Assembly: GCF_009914755.1 (NCBI RefSeq)
Contig: NC_060934.1
From: the human T2T-CHM13v2.0 reference genome, Homo sapiens
DNA: 64,000 nucleotides
Direction: 5' to 3' (one strand)
The position numbers and the translations under genes were made by a program. Below the pieces are notes generated by a model that was not told the origin of the DNA, did no database searches, and saw nothing but the letters and a program-made list of their open reading frames with translations. Below, one piece after another: positions 41,574-54,680 of this stretch (its first letter is position 1; the number at the start of each line of letters is the position of its first letter).

Positions 41574-42221
41574 TTGTTGTTGTTGGATTTTTTTCCAACT
41601 TTTATTTTAAGTTCAGCGGTACATGTGCAGAATGTGCAGGTTTGTTACATAGGTAAATCTGTGCCACGGTGGTTTGCTGCATAGATCATCCCATCACCAT
41701 TAAGCCCAGCATCCATTCGCTATTCTTCCTGATGCTCTCCCTCCTCCCACCCCAGTGTGTGTTGTTCCCCTCCACCCATGTGTCCATGTGTTCTCAACAT
41801 TCGGCTCCCATTTATAAGTGAAAACATGCAGTATTTCGTTTTCTGTTCCTGTTTTAGTTTGTTGAGGACAACAGATGCTGGCAAGGTTGCAGAGAAAGAG
41901 GAATGTTTTGCACTGTTGCTCAAGGTATAAATTCAACCATTGTGGAAGACAGTGTGGTGATTCCTCAAGACCTAGAGGCAGAAATACCACTTGACCCAGC
42001 AACCCCATTACTGAGTATATACCGAAAGGAATATAAATCATTTTATTATAAAGATACATGCATATGTGTATTCACTGAAGCACTATTCACAATAGCAAAG
42101 ACATGGAATCAATCTAAATGCCCATGAGTCATAGACTGGATAAAGAAAATGTCATACATATACACCATGGAATACTATGCTGCCATAAAAAGGAATGAGA
42201 TCATGTTTTTTGCAGGGACAC
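41574..42221 (-). mobile_element. L1PA (about PA8-13) insertion with a 5' inversion
   Basis: Minus-strand 3' end at ~41590-41868 joined to plus-strand ORF2 end at 41869-42220; TSD acatttc(c/t)ttgttg at 41560-41573 and 42222-42235. Confidence 0.9.
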
Positions 42222-42279
42222 ACATTTCTTTGTTGCTAATTCCATCAAAAATAAAAAATAAAATTTGATTGGGAAATAT

Positions 42280-43110
42280 CAATTTTTTCACATTAACATT
42301 TTAATGATATACATTAAATTTTTTGTTGTAAAGATCTATGGGTTTTGACAAAGTGTGTATCATCATGTATATACCATTACAGTATTATACACAATAGTTT
42401 TACTTTCCTAAAATCCTGTGTCCTACCTGTTCAACTCTTCCCTCATACCCCTGGCTATTTGCCATCTCTATAATTACGCTTCTTCCAGAATGTCATACAA
42501 ATTCAATCATATAGTATGTAGCCTTTTCATACTGGCTTATTTCACTTAGGAATATGCTTTTTCTTTTAACTGTTTTTAGAGGAACATGGTCTCACTGTTG
42601 TCCATGCTGGTCTCAAACTCGTGGCATTAAGAGATTCTCCTGCCTCAGACTCCCAAAACGCTGAGATTACAGGCAGAAGCCACCATGCCCAGCCAGCAAT
42701 GTGCATTTAAGATTCATCTATGTCTCTGTGTGGCTAGAAAACTTATTTCTATTTATCCCTGAATCATATTATATTGTAGGCATGTGAAACTATTTATCCA
42801 TTCACCTAATGAAGGACATCTTGGTTGTTTCCAGTCTTGGTTGTTTCCAGTTTTTAGGGCTATGAAAGTTCAACATCTCCATGAAGATTTTTTGGTAAAC
42901 TTAAGTGTTCAAATCAGTTGGGTAAATACCTAGATGTTGGATCATATTGCAAGACTATGTTTAGCTTTGTAAAAGACTGGCAAACTCTATTTGCATTTGC
43001 ACCAGCAATGAATGAAGGTCTCATCCATTGCTCCACATTGTGACCCAAAATTGACATTGTCAGTATTTTGTATTTCAGTCATTCTAATAGGTGTGTAATA
43101 ATCATCTTTG
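42280..43110 (-). mobile_element. L1MC-type 3' end with a FLAM inserted at ~42558-42694
   Basis: 'ctatgggttttgacaaa', 'ccagaatgtcata...tagtatgtagccttttca', 'ccattcacctaatgaaggacatcttggttg'. Confidence 0.8.
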
Positions 43111-43128
43111 TTTTTAAAAGTCATCTTC

Positions 43129-43403
43129 CCTGTAATCCCAGGACTTTGGGAGGCTGAGGCAGGCAGATCACAAGGTCAGGAGATCGAGACCTTCCTGGCT
43201 AACATGGTGAAACCCCATCTCTAGTAAAAATACAAAAAATTAGCCGGGTGTGGTGGCAGTCGCCTGTAGTCCCAGCTACTCGGGAGGCTGAGGCAGGAGA
43301 ATGGCGTGAACCCGAGAGGGGAGCTTGCAGTGAGCTGAGATGATGCCACTGCACTCCAGCCTGGGCGACAGAGAAAGACTCTGTCTCAAAGAATTAAAAA
43401 AAT
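43129..43403 (+). mobile_element. AluY-type, 5'-truncated, with TSD
   Basis: 'gtcaggagatcgagacc..cctggctaac', 'gagaatggcgtgaaccc', 'gagcttgcagtgag'; TSD aag(t/g)catcttc at 43118-43128 and 43404-43414. Confidence 0.95.
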
Positions 43404-46400
43404 AAGGCATCTTCACTGGATATAGAATTCTATGTTCATTTTTTTAAGGATGTTTTGAAAGACGATGTTTAAAAAGTGATGTTTTTAAAAGATGATGCTA
43501 AAAAGGATAATAAAGATAATTTAAAAATAACGTTACCCAGTCTTCTTGCTTGCACTTTTTTTCTGACAAGAAATCTGCAGTAATCCTTATATCTGTTCCT
43601 CTGTGTACAAATGTCTTTTTTTTCTATCTTATCTTAAGATTTTATCTTTATCACTGGTTTTAAGCACTTTAATTATTATGTTTCTGGGTATAGGTTAGTT
43701 CATATTCCCTACGTCTGGGGTTTGTTCATCTTTTCTAATAGGTGGTTGTAAAATTTTTATCAAATCTTCAACATTCAGAGGTCAAAAGTTCAAAAAGTTA
43801 AAATTTGGCTTTGGCAACATTGTAATACAAAATATCCATTGGATTTATCCCAAATTAAAAGACTTTATAAATTATATATCATGCTTACTTGTTCTATCAC
43901 GACAGAAACACCAGGGGTCTCAACCAGTGGGCAATAAGAATTCATCAGGCAACACAGTGGCATGAGCAGTAGCAGATGGTTCCTTCACTCTATGAAGAAA
44001 GGCAGCTGCCTAACCTTGAGAATTTTCCTAATAAAAGCTTTTTTTGTAGTTTTCCCCTATTCCTAGTACACTAAGATGGCACTGTATTATGATGTGTCAC
44101 TTCAGACACACTGCTTATGCTCTCAGCTCTGCCCCTTCAAGTTGCTGCACAACTCAAGGGGACATCATTCATATTGCAGAATATTAGAAAATAGTTGTTC
44201 TTGTTACTAGGCACTTTTTGGAGCTGCACTTTTTAGGGTTTTAATATGCATAAGTGGAAGGATTAGTATGAAGGTATTAAATGAACAAACTATAACTTCA
44301 ACAAATAGGAGCAACTTTTTGCCTGGCTTCAATTCTAGATGGGATCTAGAATAAAATCAAGGAACCATGGGATGGTATAAAATAAGCAATCGGAATAAGC
44401 ACAGTTAAAGTTAACATATTGTAAAGGTTATAGTTAGAATCTGGTGTCAACAAATGGACTTTGATTAAGGTTCTGGCTCTGTCGTATACTGGATGTACTG
44501 GAGTTAAGGGGCTTCAGTAAAATAATAGTACCTTGCTAATGGAGCTAGCAATGTTGAATCGCTATTATAATGTCTGAATGAAATGGTGCAGCCTTAAGTC
44601 CTCTCAGAAAATTGCCTGATATACATTGATCCCTCAAAAAGTGGTAGTTATTATTTATTAGACAATGAGGTTGAAGCTACAATTGAAGGGACAGAATGCC
44701 CTTTGCCAATAGGTTCCATGATTCTGATGCAGTATAGATCATTTTTCTATCCAAGATTATATGGGATCTAAAAATTGGCAAAAAGAAGAATGGAGTCAGA
44801 CCTGAAAGAAAAGGCAAGAAACCAAATAAGACTGTGGATATTAACCAACCCAAAGAAAAGAAGAAAAAGTAATAGAGCTGGAATACAGTCAGGAGTCTGG
44901 GAACCATGGAGATAAAGAATAATAGTGAACAGGAATGGAGAAATAGATAAAGGTCTGAGGAAATTGTCAGGCACTTGTGATTGTAGGCAAGTTTCCTCAC
45001 CTATAAATGGATAAATTTGATTAATAAAACACTGCTCCTGGGAATGACAATAAAATTAAATAAGGAACCATCCACATGAACATTTGCCACAATGGCAGAC
45101 AGAGAGTAGACCTGGTCAAGGTCAGCTATTATTATATTATAATGATGGTGTTGGGTAGGTCACAGACACCTTCTGCACAGTTAACATTCAGCCATACCTG
45201 ACACAGGCCTTAAGGCAATAGAAATTACAAAAGAGTAAATGTGGATTTGAAGACACTAAAAGAAGCACTGGAATGAAAAACTGGAAGTATAGAGAGAAAA
45301 GGAACATAATGCATAAATGTTAACGTTAGTGTTCACAGAGTCAGCCATGGCTGGATTGTCGATTCTGTACAAACCTTTTGGAAATGAGCATGTATTTTAA
45401 GTCTGTTTCCTTTGCTGATTTGGAGTTTTTGCTGATTTCTTACCCTCAGAAGAGGCTTTTGTGACCATAAGAATTCTGAAAGGCAAATCAAGCAATTAAA
45501 ATTGTTACTCCCACTTGATAGATGAAGGAAGAGTTTGGAGATATCTAGAGATTAGTTCATAGTACCCTAGCTCATGAGTGATGACTAAGGTTTGAACCCA
45601 GTCATTTTGCGTAAATGAGCTCCCATTCCATTCTGCCATGTGCTATATAAGGAGCATGTTAGATATTCAAACATGAAGGTGGTAACCCCCATAAAACTGA
45701 ACAGCAGGACAGATGTTGTTTGCCGGAGGCTGAGCCAGATCTGTCTATGAGTGCCAAATTGCTGTCTCAGCGCTGCTGCTGATGCATAGTCTGCTCGCCT
45801 GCCCCAGGCACTAGGAGCAACAGGGAGGACCTTCCATATGGCACAAAAGTCCCCAAAGCTCTAGGAGGCACAGCCATGTGACTCCACTGAACTTGCTTTA
45901 ACACTTCAGCTATGAGCAGCTGGGGCAATGGTCTAGCTTTGGTCAGGATGAACTTAGGGGCTGCCTACAGAGTCCACCTGATGTCTAGGTCCAGGCAGTA
46001 CCTTCACGGCAAATGTAATTTTCAGTTAAGCAAATTCTGGGTAATTACAGGATTTTTGATATTTTATTAATGAATGAGCTTGCACGAGATATTGAAGGCA
46101 ATCCATGAGCATATGCATATTTGTGTCATGAAAGCATTTTGGGTTTATTTGTCTCTCGGTACTGCAGAGGCACAGTTGGTATCTGGTGGTTTAAGACAAG
46201 CAAAATGAAATCCTTTCCTTTTACAATTATATAAAGCCAAGTTATAAATCAGGAAGGTACCCTGCAAATCATCTCATCTACTATTTTTATAAATGAGATG
46301 ACTGACGTCTCAGGGGCACCAGTGGAACTTGGTTGTGGTCACAAAGCTGACAAGTACAGAAGCCTGGATCTGCCCCATGATCCCTGGACTTGAGTTTCCC

Positions 46401-46769
46401 CACTCTTTTGTGTCAGGTAAAAGTCAAATACATATAAAGTACCAGTTCTCTATTTTTCTCTTCTTTCCTTTTGTTTTTGTTCCTCTTTCATTTCTTTATT
46501 ATCCAATTCAATTCATAATTTAATAATTTTCCCATTCTCTGTCTATTTATGTACTTTGCTCATTTTCTCCCCTTTAAGAATGTGTAAGAATATTCTTTAT
46601 ACAATGCGTTCAATCTGAAAAAGCTTTGTTGGTTTGTTTTTTCTGTTTCCAGTGCTTGTAAAATGGAAACTAAGGATAAGTGTCTTGGCTAAGTTTACAC
46701 AGCTATCCAGAAACATGTTAAAGCTTTCTTTGCTGTCAGTCTCAAATATTTATTTACTTATGACCATAA

Positions 46770-47105
<336 letters not shown>

Positions 47106-50039
47106 CATTTTCTTTCAATATAGTTAACACTTGTGGGCCATGACCTTCATATTATTGGTAGCATGACAGCACTGTTTTTTCTTCAATACCTACATAAACT
47201 CATAAAAATCTTTAGTATTCGCTTCTTCAAACTTCTAAAATTTTAAAAGAGGAGCTCACACAATTTCACTGGTGGGACATTATGGCAACTAGTTTCAACA
47301 CTTACAAGGGAGAGATTTTATTGTGATGCCTCATAAAATAATTACTATCCTAATTTTAAAAAGCATAAAAGTATATTTTCAACAACTACTGACACATGAA
47401 TGAACGACATCACATCATTAGCACATCCTTCTCAATTTACATATTCTTTGAAAATCTCATTTACTGAGGTTATTTATGTCTTCATTTACCATTCACTACC
47501 TTGATTAGCCTAGGTTAATCAAAATTGCTTTAAGGAAATTGATTAGTTAAAAGTCTTTCTGACGTAATCTGTCAAGCATACCTGATTCAGTCCTACTGTG
47601 TGTACTGAACTTAGGCTTTCTTGTGCTCGTCTTCTTCACAGATACCCCCATGAGACTCCGAATATGCCTGAGGCAGACTGAAGTGTAGGTTAACAGATTT
47701 TTTATTTGCTTAAGGGTATAATGGATTTCATGAATACTTAACGACTGAATGAGTTTAGGCCAATGGCTGAAAACAAAGGCTAAGACCATTGTACTGGACT
47801 ATAGTATTTAAGCTACTTTCCTCATCACACCCGCTTCTAAGGAATCTACCAGTCCTTCAGCCCGTAGATGGCCTTTCTTTTACTATGTAACCCATGTCCT
47901 TCACTTTTTATAGCTATTTGAACCAAAGATGAGCACTTCATGTAAAAGTAGTAAAATAAAGCCTGGATGGTGATTTTTGACTTGACATGAAGAAGTAAGT
48001 ATGGTTAATCACAGTTTTCTTCCAGAAATTTGAAGTAAAAAATTTTGAAAGAATTAGTTCACATGTAGGGAGATCAACAAACATATGAAAATACAAGACT
48101 GACACCTTGCCCTCTTCCATATGAATATGTTTATTATTTAGTGTAATCGTAAAAAATATACTTTGAATTCAGGAATAAACCTCAAAATACAAGAACACGC
48201 TATCTAATACTATCCCCCCAAATAAATAGTGTCTTGAGCCCCTTTCCTATATATTTCTGATTCCCTAATCAGAAATATAATACATAACAATCCTTATAGA
48301 TATAATAATTATAATTATAAGTCACAACTTCTATTTTTCTACCAATGATTAGGCCATTTATAACTTTCTTTTTCATTGGAATAACAGTGTACTTTTTATT
48401 CTGAAAGCCCAGTTCATCTGATGGATGGACCCCTTCTATAGCAAACATTTCAGGTAAACATATTTTATTTTTATTTTCATGCTAAAATTTTTTTTGTTTA
48501 CTTTTTTTAGTACAAAGATCATGAGTAAGGGCCCAAGAAATAAACAGAGTTTCTGATTCCTAGATCAATTTTAGTTTTAGCCCACATGTTTCCTTAAAAT
48601 CAACATCCTCTTTTGGGAAAAAAATGCAGATGACTTCTTTCTCACAACCAAAGAATGAAACTAAAACATGTCCTAGTAAATTGAGAAATCCTGATTATCC
48701 TTAACATTGACAGGAGTGTATGGAATTCTCTTGCTTTTGGGAGACCCTCACCCGACCTGGCTGAGGATCAGAAGGGTGTGGATGATAAAGTACTATGGCG
48801 CAGGTGTACTTACGTAATCTTCCTACCAAATTCCCTATGTATTCCTAAAAACATATAGCAGCGCTTTCTAAACACTGGTTCATGGAGTCCATCTGTAATG
48901 ATTTTCCTAGAAATGAGAAAAAAAATTCTGTAGTTAATTTTATATAAAAAAATTTATTAAATTTAAAAATATGTTCTTCATGTAAATATCTCCTCCTTTC
49001 TATATTCTGGAGTTTGAATATTCTTTCTTTTGTGAAAAGATAATATTAAATAGTGTTTCTTTCTCAAGATCTCATCTTGGCCTGGTAAAATACTGGCCAC
49101 CATATGTTAATCCAAATGTACATTTTAAATTTTACTAAAAAATTCAGCATAGAGACTACTGAAGTAGAATCAAGACTTGCTGGAAAAATAACCATGTGCT
49201 GAACCAGGAAGCCATACAGAAGCCACAGGTAAGGCCAAGAAAGAATGATCATGGGCCTTACAATGAGCTTTGGTGTAGCCAAGGGTGTCATGGTTGCTCA
49301 GGAGCCAAAGGGTCACCTTAGGAGCTCACAAACAGGAGGAGGAATCTGGGGGCCAGAGTTTCAGTGATTTTGCTAAAAGGGTAGTTACCAAACAATACTG
49401 TTTATTACCATGACTACAGCCTCATTCCATGTGAGTATCTCCTGGTCTGTGAAGCCCAAGAAAGGTGGATTTTTTTTTAAAACCCAAAGAAATTGGTCAC
49501 TAGACTTAAAGTTAATGAGATACATGGAATCCTGTGAACATTCCCTCTTCTGTGCACTTGTATATGTGGTTTCATTTTTCCACCTAGGCCTATGGTTTCT
49601 AATCCTGGGTGCATATTAGAAACACCTAGGAGTTTTATATAACCACCCAAAGAGCACTGTGATGAGTCTGGAGGACTTGACCTTCTCCACGGTGTGCCCT
49701 TGTATAAGCCACTTCATTCCAGTTTCTTATTACAAAATAAAGTCACTGGAATAAATGATCTCAAAGCTTCCTTTTAGCTCAGATGTTCTACAATTCTGTT
49801 CTCTTCCACACATCTATTTTTTCCCCAAGAAGGAAGTGCCATGTCTTGATTCCAAGATGGAAAAATGACATTAATTTTTAATATATTTTCCTTCATTTAA
49901 ATTTTGATTTTTTTAAAAAAAAATTTTCATTTTTTTTTAAATGAAACAACTCAAGTGCCTGGTTTTTATCTTAAAAGCAGAGATGGCAAAGAATTAGAGT
50001 ACCTTATTGCTTCTTTTGCTGGGGATGCATGGCCATAGT

Positions 50040-50516
50040 TCACTGAAGGACAGCAAGTTCTCTTCGTTGACACACCCAAAGGACTTGCTGGAATTACAGA
50101 AATTGCTAGAAAGCTGTTCACAGAGAAATGTCTCATCAGAAGCACTCTGCTACAAAACCGCTTGAGGAGGTTGTTGGAGGCAGCTGCTGGCCACCAGGAG
50201 TTGCTGGCTGCTGTGCACTGCAGAACCTGGACACCAGAGAAAGTGCAGGCCCTGCTGGGGAAGTCCTGTGTGTGACAGGAGCTCGACCTAGAGAAACCAC
50301 ATAACTCAGCAGGAGTCTGCACAAGGAGCACACTGGAAGCAGGAAGCAAAACTCTTTCCTTTCTTCTGAAATTTCTCTCAAGCACTCGCTACTATCAAAA
50401 TTTAGCATTGTGTTTGCTAGTAGAGAAAAAATATTTAAAGGCCCCAGATCCACTTTCATAGAACAAGCTAAAAGAGTGAATTAGAAGCTGAGATGCCATA
50501 AACTGATAACAGCATA
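50040..50516 (-). mobile_element. ERVL LTR41-like element
   Basis: Minus strand reads gttatcagtttatggcatctcagcttctaattcactc...ggggcctttaaatatttt, matching my recollection of the LTR41 5' end. Confidence 0.55.
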
Positions 50517-51877
50517 AGCTCCTCGAGGGAGACAGCATGTCTGACTATTCCTATGTTCTTCTGCCTGGGGAACAAAGGGATTGCAGAATGTTTGTGGAAA
50601 TTGCTGTTACTGTACACATCAATTGTTCTGTGTGTGTTGTCCCCAAAGCCCCCACTGTGGGAAACAGGCCCAAGCAGCATCTGGGTTTTCCCCTGATTTC
50701 CAACCTGTACTCCGTCTTCCTCTCATGTTCTTGTCTTACCACTGGAACTGGACTCCAGCTGTGGGTCTCTCACCTTGGAATAGTTTTCTCCAGACACTTC
50801 CTTAGTATTCTTTGATTCCACAGACTCTAAAATAGAGAGAAATTCACTAAACCATGTTTACTTTAGGTAAAATGGAACGCATCATCATATCCAGTGTGGA
50901 TGGACACAGAGCAGGTGCTGACTAAGGAAGTTAGGCAAAGCATTATAGTCTCCAGGCTGCAGTTCCACTGGGCCAATGTTATTTGCAAACACTGTGGGGC
51001 TCTGCAAATCTGAGGAAGAATTAAGTCCCCAGACACCTGAGAAAACTCTGGAGGGGCCCACAGAGCCAATGAAGACAAATGTGCAATGGGTTTAGATATT
51101 TTTTCTTTAAATTCTTGTTTATGACTTTAATTTTTACATAAACTCATTATCAAGATAACGAGGAAGGATAAAAATGACATGGACAGAGAATGGAAGGGAA
51201 AAAGCTGAAACATTGAGAAGCTAGAGTTTCAAAGTTAGAAGCAATAGCTGACATCAAACAGAACTGAAAATAACTGAGTGTATTTCCTTATTGCTTCTTA
51301 TGAAAGATATCCTGCTTTCCATATTAGTTGTTCAGTCACCTTCCTTAAACAGGCATAGAAAAGTATCATCAGTGCCACAGTCCCTTGTTTCATAAGGATA
51401 GGGAAAACAGTGCCTAGTATTTTGGCAATTTGACTTTAGAGCACGGAGAAGCACAGACATGGTAAACGGAAGCAGTGTATACTGAATGCGTTTTTTAATT
51501 CCTCTGCTAGAACTCCATATTGTCACCTGCATATTGCAGATGATGTTCTGATTGGAGCTGCCAAGGGCCCTAGAAGCAGGAAGTACCATCAGTCCCAAGC
51601 TTTGTTCTGCATAGGAACAGGTGTTATGAAGTGATGAATGGAGAAATCTCAGCTGCCCCACAGAGGGTCCCATGGGTGAAGAAAATCTTGAATGTGCCAA
51701 GTTCCAGAGTTAGCCTTCCTCGCTACATGTCTTGAAAATAAATCACATTGAAATCATGTCGACCTGTCCAATGTTGATAAGGATCTCAGGGATAACTAAT
51801 TAAAAATGCCAGTAAAGCCCTCTCTGCTGCTTATTTAAACTGAAACCAATCATGGGGCTGGTTTGCTAAGCATTTAC

Positions 51878-51900
51878 GTGTGTGTGTGTGTGTGTGTGTG
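51878..51900. repeat. (TG)n microsatellite
   Basis: Direct read. Confidence 0.95.
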
Positions 51901-53489
51901 CCCAATTTTATTAGAAATTTAACATTTTGTTCTTTTTAAATATAACTTTTTTCTACAATTATAAAGATAGTGTATCACGATCATAAACACTTAAAGAAAT
52001 ATAGAACAACAAAAAGAGAAGATTAAAGTCCCACCTTGAACAGAATTTCATTTGAGAGGTCTCCAAGTACAGAAATTCACTATTTTGATGAGAAACAGGA
52101 AGAGGAGATGAGGGTCACTACGTATCCCCATGTTTTTGTGTCCTTTGATCTTTCTCACTTCTCTGTAATGCATTCAACTCTTCCTAAGTTTAAGCCAAAA
52201 TTCAATAATTTTAAATCTGATCTCTTAACTTTTAACTTCTGGCTTAACATCTCAACCCCCATGTTTTTTCTGCATATATAAGGGATGAGTTGAAATTTTT
52301 TTAATGTGCTTGTTGGATGAAGACGCTTTAGATAGTCATTGCAGGACAAAGTAAGGGCCTTTGATTTCCTCCATGGCATTGAAGCAAAATGGCCATGAGG
52401 TGAGTTTTCCAGACGAGGTTCTTGAGAAGGAAGCAGGCAGGCACAGACAAAAGGCTCAGTGAGGGAGGACTACACTGCAGAATAGAGGAATAGCAGTTAA
52501 CGAAACAAAATGCCATCAGAAAAGTGTTCACAGTCTGGAGACCAAACTTTTACGGTGCAGACAATCTGTCAGAGCTGGTACAAATTCCTACTTCACCACT
52601 GCCCAGACTTGTACACCTGAGCAAGTCACCTGACAACTTGTTACCTTTATTTGTGCATAAGTGATGAGGTTTGGTAAGCATACCTTCTTCACTGGATTAT
52701 TTTCAGAACTACTACTCATTATTAAAAATCTAGGCAAGCCCCTGGTGCTGAAGCACAGGAGATACTTGATAAGCACTGTTCCCGCGTCTCTTCTCCCTTG
52801 CTGCTGATTTACAATCTAGTGGGGTCTGGCGTTGAGGAAACGTTACTTTTGAAGTCATTTTTTCCATAGTTTTTTTTTTTTATTCAATATGTGTCTGTAT
52901 CCTGTTTCCTACCTCAGAGTTTGTAACCCCAGGTTAGCAATACCGAAAGTGTTGCTATGGCTACCACTATACTGTGACTTCGGGTGGTGAGAAAGCTGCA
53001 GGAGGCAGAGTCTGTGCTTTCATGCAAATGTCTTCAAAACTGCAGAGAAGGAAGGGTGAGCCTTGTGAAGGTGCTTGGGTATGAAATTTTGTATATGCAG
53101 TGGGCAAGGGTTGGAGTCACACCTGCGATGTGAGGTCTGGGCATGTCAGATGCAGACAACATCCTCCCTGCAACACCAGGCCCCCTGCAAATGAGCAAGT
53201 GCCTCACTCCAGAGACTCAAACACAAATTCACATTTCCCTGTATTTTTGTCTCTTTTCTCAATCTCTTTTCTATTTCCAACCAGATATCCTTTTCTTCCT
53301 TCCTTTAAAACAGATTCTCCCTGATTTTACCCTCAGGAAAAAAAAGGTAAACGCCCTTTTTCCTTTAACTAAACTTGCTTATTGAATTGATTCAGTTTAT
53401 AGAAGGCAGCAACATCCAGAAACATTGCTTTTCTCCCACACCATCATGAGGTATCGATCCCTCCCTTTCTGTCCAGATATCTTTGGCAT

Positions 53490-54680
53490 TTTTTCTTTTT
53501 TTTTAGCTTTACTAAGGTATAATTGACAAATAAAAAGTGTGCATATTTGAGGTGTACAATGCGATGTTTTGATATATATATATATACACACTGTGAAATG
53601 ATTTCCACAATTGAGCTAATTAACATATCTATCACCTCACATAGTTACCAATTTTTGCATGTGTGATGAGAATACTCAAGAGCTACTCTCTTAGTAAATT
53701 TCAAGTATACAAAACATTATTATTAACTATAGTCACCATGCTATACATTAAGTCTCCAGAATTTATTTATCTTAGAACTGAAAGTTTGTACTCTTTGACC
53801 AACATCACTCCTCGACCCCTGATAACCACTGGTTTACTGTTCCTATGAGTTCAGCTTTTTTACATTCCCCATGTAAGTGATATCATGCAGTATTTGTCTT
53901 TCTGTGTCTAACTTATTTCACTTAACGTCTTCTGGGTTCATCTGTGTTGTCACAAATGGTAGGACTTCCTTCTTTTCGAAGATTGAGTAGTATTCTATTG
54001 TGAATATACACACCAAAGCTTTTGGTTTTTTTTTTTTTTTTTTTTTAGACGGAGTTTCCCTCTGTCTCCCAGGCTGGAGTGCAGTGGCCCGGTCTGGGCT
54101 CACTGCAAGCTCCACCTCCCATTCCAGGTTCACGCCATTCTCCTGTCTCAGCGTCCCAAGTAGCTGGGACTACAGGCGCCCACCACCATGCACGGCTAAT
54201 TTTTTTTTTTTTTGTATTTTTAGTAGAGACGGGGTTTCACCATGTTAGCCAGGATGGTCTTGATCTCCTGACCTCGTGATCCACCCACCCTGGCCTCCCA
54301 AATTGCTGGGATTACAGGCGTGAGCCACCGTCCGGCCTATACACACCGTTTATTTATCCATTTACCTGTCAATGGACACTTAGGTTATTTTCAAATCTTA
54401 GCTGTTGTAACTAATGCTGCAATGAACTTAGGAGTGCAGATGTCTCCTCAAGATACTGTTTTCATTTCCCTTGGATATATGCCTAGAAGGGGGATGACTG
54501 GATCATATGATAATTCTATTTTTAATTTTTTGAGGAACGTCCGTACCATTTTCCATAATGGCCATACCAATTTACATTCCCACCTACAACATATAAGGGT
54601 TCCTTTTCTCCGCATCTTTGGGGAAATGCAATTCAAAACTACATTGAGATATTACCTCGCACTTGTTATCATGGCCATTG
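53490..54680 (-). mobile_element. L1MA8/9-like 3' end, split by an AluY, with a short inverted 5' piece
   Basis: 'gtataattgacaaataaaaa...catatttgaggtgtacaat', 'ctcttagtaaatttcaagtatac', 'aatggacacttaggtt'. Confidence 0.85.
54026..54337 (-). mobile_element. AluY-type with TSD
   Basis: gcaagctcc...ttcacgccattctcc; TSD tatacacacc at 54005-54014 and 54338-54347. Confidence 0.95.

Noticed and set aside
49966-50815. Overlapping 63-139-aa ORFs
   Set aside because: They lie in or beside an LTR41-like element; no recognisable domain or exon structure
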